64,000 nt of DNA from Eledone cirrhosa (taxonomy: Eukaryota): NCBI GenBank assembly GCA_964016885.1, contig OZ024743.1, forward strand, positions 113,212,001-113,276,000. Direction: 5' to 3'. Position 1 is the first letter of the stretch. The number at the start of each line of letters is the position of its first letter. The notes under the pieces are model-generated. The model had not been told where the DNA came from and ran no database searches. It saw only the letters and a program-made list of their open reading frames with translations. Positions 23,939-38,560 of the stretch are shown here, piece after piece. Made by a program: the position numbers and the translations under genes.

Positions 23939-25699
23939 GTATGGTATATAGGTTCCAAGGAGAATTTCACGGAGTAATTTAACGTGAAAGGTGGTTGGTG
24001 TTAGGAAGGGCATCCAGCTGTAAAATACCCGGCGAAATTTACAATCCTCGACAGAGCAAGGTGAGACATGGACACTAAACGATGATGATAATGATAATGA
24101 AAGTACTATGAAAAACTGGGCAAGATTTGTTGAATTTGATGAAACATTTATTATACAATAGTATCTCTAACACGTTTCAATGCAAACTGAATTATTTCAT
24201 ATTTTATAATCCAGTATATCAAACTGCATATTTTACATTTGCATATCATCAGATACTGGATTTACTATATAAGTACGACCTCATCCACAGAACTTCAGTT
24301 TTCCTCTGAACTTCTCTGATGGAAATATAAAATACGCAGTATGAGAAAATGGATTATGAATTAATTGCATAATGTAGATTCATGATGTAGTGGTGTGTGT
24401 AAGTAGAAGGATACATAGTGGTGTGTGTAAGTAGAAGGATACATAGTGGTGTGTGTAAGTAGAAAGGAAAGAGGAAAAATGCCGGACCACAAGGCCATGT
24501 CTGCCAAACAGCTAGTCGAACGGTAGTGGATATGGGTGGGTGGGAGTAATACAGAGTCAGCATCTGAAAGCGATAGGTAGATAGCTAGCTATCATAGTAA
24601 ATAGCTGAAAGATTAGTAATAAATAGATGAAGAGTTAAAAGCTATTGTGAAAAATATAGCTGAGAGGTTAGTAATAATTGGATGTAATGTTAAGAAACAG
24701 AGAGAGAAAGGGATATAAAACCCATGATCTTAGCTTTAAAATTTGAAATCCTCCATTGCTGCAGGCAGATTGAATATTTCTACATAACAAAAATGTCTGT
24801 GGATATTAACAGGAAAAAAGTGTTCAATGCAGTGTAAGAGAGCTGATATAGTATTTATTTATGTTCATACACAGAACATGCAATGTGTCACCTAAGGTTC
24901 CAAGGTCCATTTATGGCCACCATTGCAGAATGCCTGGAGGAACAATAGGAAAACTGATCTCTTTCATCATGTTTGTGCTAGTGCCTGATAAAACAGGTCA
25001 AATTTCCGATCACTCCTCCATGCATTCCACACCCCCACATGCAGTCTGCAGCGGTGGCATATAAATGGACCCCGACACCTCAGGCAGCACATTACATGTT
25101 TTGTGCATGGACATAAATAAATAATATATATATCATCATCACCGTTTTATGTCCGTTCTTCCACGCTAGCAATTTGTTAGACGGGTTGTCCGTTGTGGGC
25201 AGTGTCTGGTTGGCTGACCTTGTCTTGCTCTAAAGAGAGGTGAACACAGATATATAATTTTTTCCTTGATTATAAGGGATTAATTCGAGTTTTTAACTGA
25301 ATATATACTTTTGATATATATTAGTTTAGCCAGGATCGCCGAGATTCATAAAAGAAAGGGATCATCAGCCTGGAAAACTTGTCTGAATGATTGCAACAGA
25401 GTGGACTCCAGTAAAAGTCCCCTACCCGACCCCCACCCACACCCAATGTGCCAGACCAAGTGATGGTGGTGTTAAACTGGGTGATGGATTAATTTTATCA
25501 CCCAAGTAGGTTATAGTGGGAATTCAACTCAGAACAGGAACAGCTAAAACAAATGCTGCAAGACATCTGAAACTTTAACAATTCCACCAAACCCCTGTCA
25601 TGGTCTGCTACATCATTTTATCAACACACAATGGATTTAAACCAAAGTTGACCCTGACAGGATTTGAACACAGCACATTAAGAGCTGGACCACACAACT

Positions 25700-26445
25700 C
25701 CAGGCATCTTGTTGGTGGCTTTCTTGATGCCAACATACATTCCCCAAATGTTACCTGTGTCAAATGACAGCTGGATGCCTTCGCATAGCTGTAACCAGTA
25801 GTCATTTGCACACCGTCTTACAATCTTCTCTGTCTTGTTCCTAGCTCTTCTCAATACTTGTAGCATTGCTCTGATGGATTGGTGTTTATGCTTCAACAGG
25901 GCAGTGCCACTTCTCTTCTATGGTCACATTCAGTTCAACCTCACTCGTCTCAAACCAGTCATGTGTGATTTTTTGCTTCTTCCCGAAGGTCTTCAATGCA
26001 GTGTCATGGGTGGTGCCTCTGAGAGAGTTTCAGCTTTGCTGAACATCACCTTCCGGTGGGTCTGCAAGGAGGGTGTCTTCCAGTGACTTGAGGAATGTCG
26101 CTACTTTGGCTGATTGTTGAGTCACAGTAGCATTGATGTGTACATGTGTGTGTATATATATATATACATCTGAATTAGGTACTGTAGATATTGTTATTAC
26201 AGACTGTTATAGAATCTAATAAACTTTTGTCTCTCAGAATTACGTACTGTAGATATTGTTATACCTTATAGACTATTCTAGAATCTAACTTTTCTCTCTC
26301 GGAATTTAAGAAGTTCAGAGAAGTCTTCTACCCAACGATTCTGAATGGAAACAATATCAGTCAAGAGTGACTGACCATCTGCAGTTCTTACAGGTGACAT
26401 TAAGGAGGATTGAGGACCATACACTTCTTTAATGAAGGAGAAAAA
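25700..26445 (-). mobile_element. Degenerate RTE-BovB-like LINE fragments
   Basis: RRCANDYWLQLCEGIQLSFDTGNIWGMYVGIK and FFSFIKEVYGP..PVRTADGQSLLTD..RWVEDFSELL resemble the RTE linker region. Confidence 0.7.
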
Positions 26446-26789
26446 AGACCTGGTGATGTGTTGTTTCCTTGAGCAAGACACTTTATTTCACATTGCTCCA
26501 GTTTACTCAGCTGTAGAAATGAGATGATAGGACTGGGGTCCCTATCATTCCACTGCAAAGTGGTCGTGAGGGGTGCCATGGCAAAAAAGCACCCAGCCCA
26601 CACTGTAAAGTGGACGTGTAGGCCCCACGGAAAAAAGCACCCAGCACTCACTGTAAATGAGGTTGGTGTTAGGAAGGGCATCCAGCTGTAGAAATCAAGC
26701 TAGAATCAGTTCCTGTCCCACCCTTGCAAGCAGTGAAAAGCAGATGTAAAATAATGATGATGAGGATGATATGTAATATACATACATAT

Positions 26790-27168
26790 ATAGTGAGACC
26801 GGGTTGGAGAAAGTTCACAGAACTACTACCGTTACTAATTGCAAAAGACCTTTCCCTCAAAATGAAAGGCTGACTGTATGATGCATATATACGAACAGCA
26901 ATATTGCACAGCAGTGAGACCTGGGCACTGTGTGGTGAGGACCTGCGAAAATTAGAAAGAAATGGAGTCTTCATGCTTCGCTGAATGTGCAATAGCAATA
27001 TATGCAAACGGCAAAGTATAAATGTACTGCATGAGAAATTGGGCATAAAAGGGATCAGTTGTTGTGTGCAGGAGAGGAGATTGCATTGGTATGGACATGT
27101 GATGCATATAAAAGATGACAGCTGTATAAAAAGGTGCAGAGTGCTCAAAGTTGATGGTAGCTGTGGAG
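26790..27168 (+). mobile_element. Diverged RTE RT C-terminal fragment
   Basis: RPGWRKF..SETWAL..ERRLHWYGHVM with in-frame stops. Confidence 0.85.
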
Positions 27169-29381
27169 TTTCAACTTTTTGACACAAGGCCAGCAATTAT
27201 CCAAATGTATTACTGGTGCTTTATTTTATCGACCCCGTAATGTTTACATTGTTTTTTGATTCTATATAAATTATTGTTGTAAATAAAAATGCGTTTCTCT
27301 TATAGCAGTTGTGTGCTTTAAGAAAACCTAATATTTCTTAAGTTTTTCATGTTGTTTCAGGAATTTTAAAAATTAACTATTGGAAAATTTGATTTAGATC
27401 TTTTTTAAACATTTGCTGGGGTTGCTTAGATGTATCCCCATAAATTTCTCTAAGAAGAAAAATAAAGTGGTTGAGATAGGGAACAGTATACCGCTTTTGA
27501 ACAGAATTAATTGTTGCACATACTATGTTTCAACTTCAAGGTGTTTGAGGGTCACCTAACAGTTGGCCGATTGAGTTGAAATTTTGCACACCCCGTATTT
27601 TTGTTGATTGGAACAGGATTAGTGGGTGGGAGCAGCAAAACTTTCGGAAAATTACCTATTGCTAAGGGCCACCCTAATATATATATATGTGTATTTATAT
27701 ATATATATATGTGTGTGTGTGTCTGTGTGTGTGTGTGTATGTGTATATATATATATGTGTGTATATATATATATATATACACATACACACATACATGTGT
27801 GTGTGTGTGGATTTAGATTCAATATTTTTCTGAATGATATTATATTCCATTTATAGTAGTTGTTGAGGTGTACTGGGATAGGGTGGAGTGGGATGGTGTA
27901 AGGTGAGGATAGTTGTGTAGCCCCAGTTCTGGTTGAGCAGATTTGTTCTAAGATCAAAGGCATTCTTTAGCTGTAACCATCATCCACCATTTTTTTTCAG
28001 ACATAGTGTATCCAAGTCTCCATAATCTAATATGTCCTTCCTTTTTCAAAGACATTAAAGAGTGTGAGTTGGTGGGTGTTTTGACTGCTGTTTTTAGTAT
28101 GTCGTATAATTATATTGAAGCTTCACCATTAACCCTTTCTTTTCATATTTCTTACCAGAATATACTGAGCTTATATTTTGATTACCAAAATAATCAACAA
28201 TTATGAGAGGTTTAGTGAAATAACTAACTTTCAATTTTATAACAAAAGACAAATATTATCTGGTATGTAATAAGATTTCAACCCAAGGTTTAAATTTAAA
28301 TTTGATCACTTTTAATAGAGGTGGGTCATTATCCATTTAATAGAGGTGGGTCATATGCCATATTTCATATGAAAGTCACAGTCTATGACTTGAAAATAAT
28401 TTTGAAAATAATCAAACATTTGGAGGGATTTTGTAAAATATTTTATTTTTTCATTATTAAGCTGTTGAGGGCAGTGGTTTGGCAGTAGAGCATCAGATGC
28501 CATGCGTTGCAGCATAGGAGTTATGGCCCTTTGCGTTCTAAGTTCAAATCCTGCCGGGTTAACTTTGCCTTTCATCCTTATGGGGTTGATAAAATTATAC
28601 ACCAGTAATGCACTGGCGTAATTGCTGGCCTTGTGCCAAAAGCAGAAACATTATTAAGCTTGTATTTGGAACATTACTTAAAATTATGATGGATGGTTTT
28701 TAAGTAAATATTAACACTTTAAAATTAACAGCATTATTGTAGAACAAGAAGCAGTTTCAAGTGGTTTGGTATCAAAAGATTTAAGAGGTCACTAGCTCTG
28801 ATTAAGTACTGATTTGGTTTGTGATAACCCACGCAACCAGTACTGGCAAGGGTGATATCAAATGTCCTTCTATTCTATGATGGTAGAATATGATTTTGCA
28901 GAGAGATTTGGCTATTATTTCTAGCCCTTTGAACAACTATATAAGGCTCCTTTATTGTAGCTATGCTCTTAATATTGTCTTTGTTCAGCCCTTAGACAGC
29001 TCTTATTAAGCAGAACTTTCATCAAAGTTATTCCTGCTGTGGCCCTTAGTTAAAGTGTGTCCTAATCCTGGAGGATCACCAGGCCGGTACTGATCCTGAT
29101 GCTAGTCCAATGCAGGGTTAACCCCCAGCTAGTGCTGGTATATATTTTCAGCAGAATGGGCTAGAGCAATGTGACATGGAGTGTTTTGCATAAGAACACA
29201 ATGTGCTGTTCAGTCCAAGAATTGAACCTATGACATTACAATTGTAAGTCCAACACCCTAACCACTAGACCACTCGCTATCACAGTGGCCATCAAACCAT
29301 CTTAATTGATTTTTCTTTCAGATATAGTGTATCCAACCTTGTCACACACTGTCTTGTTAAATCTCCTTATGAATTACCTAA

Positions 29382-29620
29382 CCCTTTAGCATTTACATTA
29401 TTGTATATATACTATTGTATTTTCGTGGTAAAAGCTTTATCTTACATAATTATCTTACATAATTATCTCACATAACATCAAATCTATGAGATTTTGATAT
29501 TATTTATTTTGATATTATTTATTTTGAGAATAATACCTTAACGTCAATATGAGCGGCCGGTTTGAACAGAAAGAGGTGAGAGAAATCTGGCTGGATATGG
29601 CCAGTTTAAATGCTAAAGGG
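29382..29620 (-). mobile_element. piggyBac-type MITE inserted in a SINE-like repeat
   Basis: ccctttagcatt...aatgctaaaggg-ttaa. Confidence 0.85.
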
Positions 29621-30749
29621 TTAAGGGTACACATGTCTAAGGAATATTCAGCCACTTGGAGACCCAACTCAGCATAGTTACGTCCCTTTACGAACTGAGT
29701 TCAAATCCCGCTGAGGTTAACTTTGCCTTTCATCCTTACGAGGACGATAAAATAAAGTACCAGTAATGTACTGGGTAATTGCTGGCCTTGTGCCAAAAGT
29801 AGAAACAATTATATGTAATGAGAGGGTGTTGGATTGACAGTATCGGTAGAGTGTCGGAGAGCATGTTTTGCAGCATAGAGTTACCACCCTTTACATTCTA
29901 TGTTCAAATCCCACAGGGGTTAACTTTGCTTATCATCCTTATCTGGTCAATAAAATAAAATACTTGTAATGCACTGGGGTCGATTTAATTGACTTTCCCC
30001 CTTCAAATTGCTGGCCTTGTCCCGAAAGTAGAAATAATTGTTATATCTGAGTTTAAATCTCACTGAGGTTAGCCTTACCTATCATCATGTAACATATTGA
30101 GGTCAATTTAATTTACTTATACGATCCCTTCAAATTGCTGGCTTTGAGCCAAAGTTAAAGACAATTATTATGTCGGTGTTCTTCCACTTTTATTATATGA
30201 GACTAGGACATGATTTGAGGAGGAGATTTAACTGCTATTTCTTTCAGATTCAGCAACCATTTAGAGATTTGTTCCTTCAGCAAAATATTTCTTTGTTCGT
30301 CGCCAGTGAAGCAACACTATATACATGGATACAGCCTCTTTCCAAACATTACAAGCCCTGGAACATTCCATTTCTAGTGGTTGGGTAGTGGTGGTGCTAC
30401 TGGTGGCATAATTTACATTCCATACACTCAGAATCATCTGATAGAATTGCGAATTCTTTATATATGATGTATGTGTATATTTGTGTATGTATGTCTGTGT
30501 GTATGTGTGTATTTATGTTGTGTGTGTTTGTGTGTTTATGAAGTGGAGAGGGAATCTCTTCCAAAGTTTGTCTCCAAGAATGTCAAGCATCTGGTGCTTA
30601 CTCCATTCTACCATGCCACCCTTGTCTGTTGTTTGCTACCCCTCCCATACAACCCATGTCTGTTGTCTGGCACATATCTCCCATCCCTCCTCTCCCCCTC
30701 CCACTTCAACTCTGCCATTGTCTTGTTAGTCATCTTAGCTTTACACAGA

Positions 30750-31720
30750 TTTATCACACGCACGCACACACACACGCATGCACAGTCTCTCACTCTTTCC
30801 ATCTCTATATTTGTATATGTCTCGTTCGCTCGCCCTCTTTCTTTCCCTACCCTCTCTCTCTCTCTCTTTCTCTCTTCCCTCTCCCTTTCTCTCACAAGCA
30901 CACAGACACACAAACCCTCCTGTCTTTCTTTCTCTCTCTGTGTGTCTCTCCCCCCTCTCTCTCTCTATCTATCTATCCCTCCATCTCACACATACACAGT
31001 CACTCACTTTGTCTAACTTTCTCTCTTTGTTTGTATCCCTTTCTTTCTCTATCACACTCACTGACACACACACACACCCCACTCACTGTCTGTCACTCTT
31101 TCTATCTCTATATTTGTGTGTCTCTCTTTCTCTCTCACAAACCCTCCCACCTTTTCTTTCTCTATGTATACGTGCGTCTCTCTCTCTCTCCCTCTCACAC
31201 ACGTGTATACACATTCACTTTATCAAACTTTCTCTCTCTTTGTTTGTATACCTTTCTTTCTCTATTACACTCACACAAATACACACTCTCCATTATACCT
31301 ACTTCTATATATCTATATCTCTCAAACTCACACATACACTTTTTCTGTGTCATTCTCTATCTCTCTCTCTTTCACATACATTCCTATCTCTCACACTAAC
31401 ACCCTTTCCCTCTCACACGCACACACTCTCTCACACACTAACACCCTCTCTCTCTCTCTCTCTCACACCCATACGCACACACTCTCTCACATACACACAT
31501 ACACTCTTTCTCAAACACACATACACACATTCTCTCTCTCAGAAACATACACTCTCTCTCATTCAGATTCTCTCTCACACAAGCAAACGTACATTCTCTC
31601 ATAAGCAAACGCACATTCTCTCACAAGCATACACATATTCTCTCTCACACAAGCATACACACATTCTACCCCCCCCCCCACCTCACACACACACACACAC
31701 ACACGCATTCTCTCTCAAAT
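30750..31720. repeat. CT/CA-rich low-complexity tract
   Basis: Degenerate (CT)n/(CA)n; source of the S/L/H/T-rich ORFs. Confidence 0.9.
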
Positions 31721-32138
31721 GTTAGAGAGATGTAAGTTACTGGTGACAAGGGAGCTGGTGGTTAGAGGACTGGTTTTACCAGGATATAAAAAATATATAA
31801 ACGGAACCTATAATATATCTCTCATTACGCGTGTGTGCACTTATGGGTGCATTTATTTGCGTGTGTTTCTTTATATTTTGAATGTTTGAGTAATCATAAC
31901 AAATACCAAGTTTAAATATGTACTTAATACAAATTAATCTGTAGAGGATAATATATAGATGTTTTGTAAATGTGGTTGGCATCAGCAAGGGAACCCAAGC
32001 CCAAATCAGTTCTGTGTAAGCGAAACACGGTCCTCCGACCTGATCTCTCACAAAGGGACAGCTAGTCCGACCCATGCTAGCGTAGGAAATGGACGTTAAA
32101 CGATGATGATATTTATTAAAGGTTAATAAGTCTCTAAA

Positions 32139-32347
32139 CCCTTTAGCATTTAAACCAGTCATATCCGGCCAGAATTCTATCACCTGTTTCTGTTCACAAT
32201 GGCCGTAACTGGCGTTATGGTATTTTTCTCAAAAAAGATAACATTAAAATATCATAGATTCCATATTTTGTAAAGTAATTATGTAAGATAAAGCGTTTAG
32301 CACAAAAATACAATAGTATATATAGTGTAATGTAAATGTTAAAGGTT
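32139..32347 (+). mobile_element. piggyBac-type MITE, diverged
   Basis: Matches the 5686 family. Confidence 0.75.
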
Positions 32348-32451
32348 TAAACATCTCAATGGGAGGAATCTCTCAGAGAAGCAATATTATATATTAAAAT
32401 TAAACGAGAAAAAACTCTAATTATAGGAGTATAAACAAGATATATATATAT

Positions 32452-32620
32452 CATCCACAAGTTTGATGAGCTATCGATTCCAGAGTCAGGACTGATTACT
32501 ACCGATCATCGATTGCGAAACACGCTTCGCGTGTGAGTAACGAAAACAACAACTTATATTGATACTTCGTTCCTTCTTATTACTGTTATCAGTCAGCTTA
32601 TTATTATTAACCAATACACT
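32452..32620 (+). mobile_element. Short element with a degenerate hammerhead
   Basis: TTGATGA-gctatcgat...atcgattgc-GAAA-cacgc(ttc)gcgtg-TG; stems II and III retained, C3 and H17 mutated. Confidence 0.55.
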
Positions 32621-32966
32621 ATATATAGATGTGCATTAGCAGCCAAACTGTATGATAAAGTTATATCTGCATAAATAAATGTTTCTACTTTTGGCACAAG
32701 GCCAGCAATAACCCAATGCATTACTGGTACTTTGTTATCGACCCCGTGAGGATGAAAGGCAAAGTTAATCTGAAATGTAAACCAGGCTGCACCAATGTGA
32801 ATAAATATGATGCTTATATATATATATCATCATCATCATCATTTCATTTTACGACCGCTTTTCCCTGCTTGCAGGGGTGGGACGGGAACTGGTTCTGGCT
32901 TGATTTCTACAGCTGGATGCCCTTCCTAACACCAACCTCATTTACAGTGAGTGCTGGGTGCTTTTT

Positions 32967-33240
32967 GCCGTGGCACCTCCACGACCACTTTGCAGTGGAA
33001 TGATAGGGACCCCAGTCCCTATCGTCTCATTTCTACAGCTGAGTAAACTGGAGCAATGTGAAATAAAGTGTCTTCCTCAAGGAAACAACACATCACCTTG
33101 TCTGAGAGGGGGTGATGTGTTGTTTCCTTGAGCAAGACACTTTATTTCACATTGCTCCAGTTTACTCAGCTGTAGAAATGAGATGATAGGGACTGGGGTC
33201 CCTATCATTCCACTGCAAAGTGGTCGTGGAGGTACCACGG
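32967..33240. repeat. Inverted SINE pair forming a ~130-bp hairpin
   Basis: 32967-33098 is the near-perfect reverse complement of 33111-33240. Confidence 0.9.
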
Positions 33241-33341
33241 CATATATATATATATATATTTTTTTTTTTTTTCCTGTAGAAATGTATAGTACAGAGCTAT
33301 TTAATTACATAATAAACAACACAATATAATTATTCCATTAC

Positions 33342-33405
33342 CTAAGGTTTCACGAAATTAGACGATTCTAACAGAAACGTCCATTTCGTTCATCAGATGA
33401 AGTAT
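33342..33405 (-). other. Candidate 64-nt minus-strand exon, probably non-coding
   Basis: Long poly-T plus ag acceptor and ag|gtaatg donor; unique CpG-containing sequence; all three frames contain a stop. Confidence 0.35.
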
Positions 33406-35016
33406 CTAAAAAAAAAAAAAAAAAAAAAATAATATGCTTCATTTTTGCATTTGTTTTGCATTTGGTTGGTTTAATAACTGGATGGTTGATTTTTTTTTTT
33501 TATTTTAAAAGCTCTTTTGTCACACCTTCTCAGTGACTAATTTATTTTGTGTCTCCCCTTTGTTCTGTCCTACACCATCTTGTCTTTTGTGTTTTTTGCT
33601 AATTTCCTGAAGAAGATCATTAAAAAATATCATCATCATCATAGTTTTTATGTTTTTGTGTTGGATTGGGCATTTTGAGGTAATATTTCACAACTGAACA
33701 ACATAACCTATTAATCACTTATATCATGCAGGGATATGGTGTACATATTTTAAACTGGATACACATGATCTAACGATATAAGTACAAGTTTTATAATGAA
33801 TAATGAAAGACTAATAAATGATTAATGAATGATTAATGAAAAAGGTAATCAAATAAATAAAAATAAAAAAAAAAGTATGTGTGTGAATGCATAATCTATT
33901 TTGTAATGGCATGTGGCTCAGTGGTTATGGTGCTTGGCTCATGATCATAAGCCTGTGAGTTCACTTTCCTGTGGTGTGTTTTAAGCAACACATTTTATTT
34001 CATATTGCTCCAGTCCACTCAGCTGGCAAAAAGGAGCTATATTTGTAGTTAAAAAAGGGCCATCATTATCACGCATGGTGTCATGTTGAATCTCCCCAAG
34101 AATTATCTTAGGGTTACATGTGTTTGTGGAATGCTCAGCCACTTTCATGTTAATTTCAAGAGCAGGCTGTGTCATTGATCAAACAGGAACACTCATGACA
34201 TTTAAGAATAAATTGAAAATGCTTTTTTTTTTTTAATATAAATAAGAGTTTCTGATTTCCTTTACAGCTTATATGTTGATATTTTATCCTCTTTTGTGTG
34301 GCAATCCTTTTATTGTTAAGCTAACCCTTTTTATTCCAACATGCATGAAATGACCCCTGGTTCTATGATGAAAAACTATATTTTAAAGTGTTTGTTTGTC
34401 TAGGCGGGCAGTTATTCTGAATTTAAAAAATTACACCAGGAAAACATGGGCTCCATAAGCTTCAGTGAGGGCAACCTATCTTGGAAAGTAGTCACTCTGT
34501 TTAAAAATTGATGCAGGGTAAATGGGATCCTTAAGTCCTGTGAGACAACCTCTTTAGTGCTGGTAGCGCAATAAAATGCATCCAGACCATGCTGGATGCC
34601 CTTCCTATCACTAACCATGTAAAGTGCCTTTTATAGATAGGAAGGGCATCAAACCAAAAAACCTCTGCCAAACATTATTCATCATTATTATGACCAACTC
34701 ATAGGGCGGTGGATTGGCAGTATCAGTAGGTCATTGGAGACCATTCTTCGCAGCATAGTTACGTTCCTTTACATTTTGAATTCGAATCCACCAAGGTTAG
34801 CTTTGCCCTTCAACCTTACAGGGTTGATAAATAAAGCACCAGTAATGCACTGGGGTAAATTTAATCAACTTTCCCCTCCCCTTCAAATTGCTGGCCTTGT
34901 GCCTAAAGGAGAGACCATTATGACCAACTCATGCAAGCATGGAAAAGCAGGTGTAAAAGTAGGAAGATAATGATTATCTGAATGAATCATTTCATGATAA
35001 ACTTTCATATTTGTAG

Positions 35017-35064
35017 ATTTCACTGCATCATTTCCAAATATCTTTTCAAATAACAAAGACATAG
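35017..35064 (+). CDS. Candidate 48-nt symmetric phase-1 exon (FTASFPNIFSNNKDI)
   Basis: ctttcatatttgtag| acceptor and ag|gtattg donor; open in phase 1. Confidence 0.35.
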   Translation: MSLHHFQISFQITKT

Positions 35065-35231
35065 GTATTGTCTTATTAGCGATTGAAAAACTGAAATCAA
35101 TATAATATTGAGAAAATATTTAAGGAACAACATTGTCAATTCTGGGTATAAATTATTATCTTTTTGATGGAAGAATTCTGACAGCATGAGATTCATCTCC
35201 TCCTCCTCCATAGCTGTCACTCTAATACATC

Positions 35232-35670
35232 CCTTTTGTGGTTTTGAGGCAGTTCAGAAAGAGATTTCACCACAATAGACCAGAACTCTTCAAGTCTGAT
35301 CAGTGGAACCTGCACAAGGATAATGCCCCCTGCCACAAATCCATCCTGGTGACCAACTACTTGGCCGATATGGAGCTTGAAACTGTCTCTCATCCTCCCT
35401 ACAATCCAGACTTAGCCCCATGTGACTTCTGAATATTCATAATGCTGAAGGTGAAGCTCAGGGGTATTCTCTTTGAGGGTGTGGAGGAGATGAAAGAGGC
35501 TGTGACAAACGCCCTGGACACCTTCACTTTGGAGGAGGGTCTTCTGCAAGTGGCTGGATTGCTACAAGTGCATTGAAGTTGGAGGAACCTACATTGAGGG
35601 AGTCTAGAGTTTTGTGTTGATCTGAGTTAAATAAATTCTAGCCACGTGTCCATATTACTGGTAGAGGGAC
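35232..35670 (+). mobile_element. Mariner transposase C-terminal remnant
   Basis: LHKDNAPCH...HPPYNPDLAPCDF* matches the DD34D mariner motifs. Confidence 0.9.
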
Positions 35671-36394
35671 TGATTAGAAAAATATATCGAAATTGGGATG
35701 GGCACACAAACCTTGCCTCTCCTGGGACCCATAGAGGGTCCATAAAGGATCAAATGTTAACAATTGGGATCAATATATTCTTACAATATTGTTTCTACTT
35801 TAGGCACAAGGCCAGCAATTTTGGTGGGGAGGGGGAAAGGCAATTAAATTGACTCCAGTACATTACTGGTACTTTATTTTATTGACCTCGTAAGGATGAA
35901 AGGCAAAGCTCAGCTCGGCTGGATTTGAACTCAGAATGTAATGGGCCGTAACTCTGTGCTTCAATTCTGACAATATTCAAAGGGTTAATGTTAAATATCA
36001 CCTGATATATGATTGATTAGATTAAAAGACGAAAGAAGAAGCAAGAGAGACAAAACATCTCAAATTATGTGTGGTATTACTAAAATACCTACAAATACAT
36101 GAAATCTATAATAGGTGAGCAGACAACACAAAGTTTCTTCAACTTGTCTGTCTAACTACCACCACTACCACCACCACCACCATCACCACCACTATCTCTA
36201 CCATCACCATCACCATCACTACCAACACCATCTCATTTTCTCAGACCATCAATACAAACATCACCAATACTACCACCACCATCAACACCATTATCAAATT
36301 TTCTCAGTCACAACACAAGCACCATCATCACCACCACTACTACTCCATCATCTCAGTCAGAATACCACTACTACTGTAACCAACCACCGCCACG

Positions 36395-36720
36395 ACCACC
36401 ACTACCCCAATTTTTGCCTCTACCACCACAACCATTAACAAACCTATTCTATTTTCTCTATCAGAAGCACCTCCACCAGTGACCACCACCACTACCCCAT
36501 TTTTGCCTCCACCACCACCATTAACAAACCTATTCTATTTTCTCTATCAGAAGCACCTCCACCAGTGACCACCACCACTACCCCATTTTTGCCTCCACCA
36601 CCACCATTAACAAACCTATTCTATTTTCTCTATCAGAAGCACCTCCACCAGTGACCACCACCACTACTCCATTTTTGTCTCTACCACCACCATTAACAAA
36701 CCTATTCTATTTTCTCTATT
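36395..36720. repeat. 86-bp minisatellite, about 4 copies
   Basis: cattaacaaacctattctattttctctatcagaagcacctccacc recurs at 36433, 36519, 36605 and 36691. Confidence 0.9.
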
Positions 36721-38119
36721 AAGACACCCACCACCACCACCACCACCACTACTACTACCACATTTTCTCTGGGCTGTCTATCACCCCACACTCACCCATC
36801 TCTACCTAGTTATAGTCTTTTAAACAACCCCTACCTCCACCCCACTCACATGTCAGCATGTACATAGTCAACTAACATTACAAGGCATAAGAACAGTACT
36901 TATTTTATGAATGGTTGGGCTGGGTATCTGTGTGTGTGTGTGTATTTGTGTATAGATGTGTGTGTGTTTATTAAGACTCTCTTCCTGCTATTTCAAGCGT
37001 TAAACTAATATATTTCTTCCATGTACTGTGCTGTTTTTGTTATTTTTGTTTACCATTTACATATATATATATATATATGTGTGTATGTGCATGTGTATAT
37101 GTATGTGCATGTGTGTGTGCGTATGTGTATATGCGTATGTATATGTGTGTATATGTGTGTGCATGTGTATATGTGTGTATATATTTATAATATATATATA
37201 TATAAAGAGAGAGAGAGGGAGATGTGTCTGTATCTCTGTATATGTCATTATTGTGTGTGTGTGTGTGTGTAGATGTCTGCGTATGTATGTGTGTGTTCAT
37301 TGCATGACTTTTGTTTTTCTTTTGTATAAACAAAATTGTATATGAAATAGAGAAGTAAATACAATCCTGCCTGTTTTACACACACACACAGGGTGTTCCC
37401 CCAAAAATGTATACACACATATTTATTTGAATGCTGTTAAAGTGTGTGTACATTTTTGGAGAGAGACACACGCACACACATATTACGCAGTTAGTGTTTT
37501 CAATGCTACAACTTTGACTCAAGAAAGGACAATTACCCAGTACATTACTGGTACTTTATTTTATCGACCCCGTAAGGATGAAAGGCAAAGCGACCTCGGC
37601 AGGATTTGAACTCAGACCGTAAAGGGACGTAACTTTGCTGCAAAGCATGGCGTCAGGCCCTCTACCGACACTGCCAATCCACCGCCCTTGTATAAATATA
37701 AATAATATAAGCAATTATGTAGGGAGGTACACGTATATACATACACACAATTATGTAGGGATATATATATATTTATATATACACACACACATATTATATG
37801 TAAATATATCACTTTACAAACTAACCATGTTTAACCATTCTAGCAATTTCTTTAATGTTTTCCTCTTGTTATAAGTTCAAACTGCACATGTTAATCCAAT
37901 ATTAATAACTCTAAACATTTTCTTAAACACATAACATCATAACATCATATACCTATGTAAACACTTCCTTTTCTCAGCTCTTCTTTCTCTATATTTCTTT
38001 AATATTTATCTTGAACAAAGGAATGTGTGTTGTTATTTCTGTAAATTCTTTTAATTCATTCTTTTTCTTCTTCTCTTTTTTTAACAGACATTTACCTTTC
38101 CCTCCTCTCTCACTATATT

Positions 38120-38159
<40 letters not shown>

Positions 38160-38560
38160 GAGATGCTGTGCTGAATAAGACCCGTCCCACCCTTGCAAGC
38201 AGGGAAAAGCGGACGTAAAATGATGATGATGATGATGATGATGATAAATTTGAAGAGTCGGAGTCCAGCAGAAAGAGAATTTGCTTCAAAATCACTAGAC
38301 GTTTCTGAGGAACTTGCGAATGTAGAGTCAGGTTCGATCCACGAACAGACAGCACCTCCAGCTGTTCGCCAGAGAAACAATTGTGATACATAATAAATTG
38401 TGTTCCGATGCATCACTGATTCTTCGTTTTCCATATTATCATACTCTGCTCTGAAGGAGCATAGAGTGCTCAACCGGCATACCGCCTATGGATGCATCCT
38501 AGCAACCATACTACATATATTCCGCTCCTTTATTAAGCAGAGCGCTTACAGCGAATCACC

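Noticed and set aside
24850-25110. Unique-looking GC-richer block as a host exon
   Set aside because: No frame is convincingly bounded by splice sites; more likely an old LINE remnant that I cannot identify
33375-33397. Hammerhead on minus (CTGATGA ac GAAA)
   Set aside because: No room for stem II, and stems I and III do not pair
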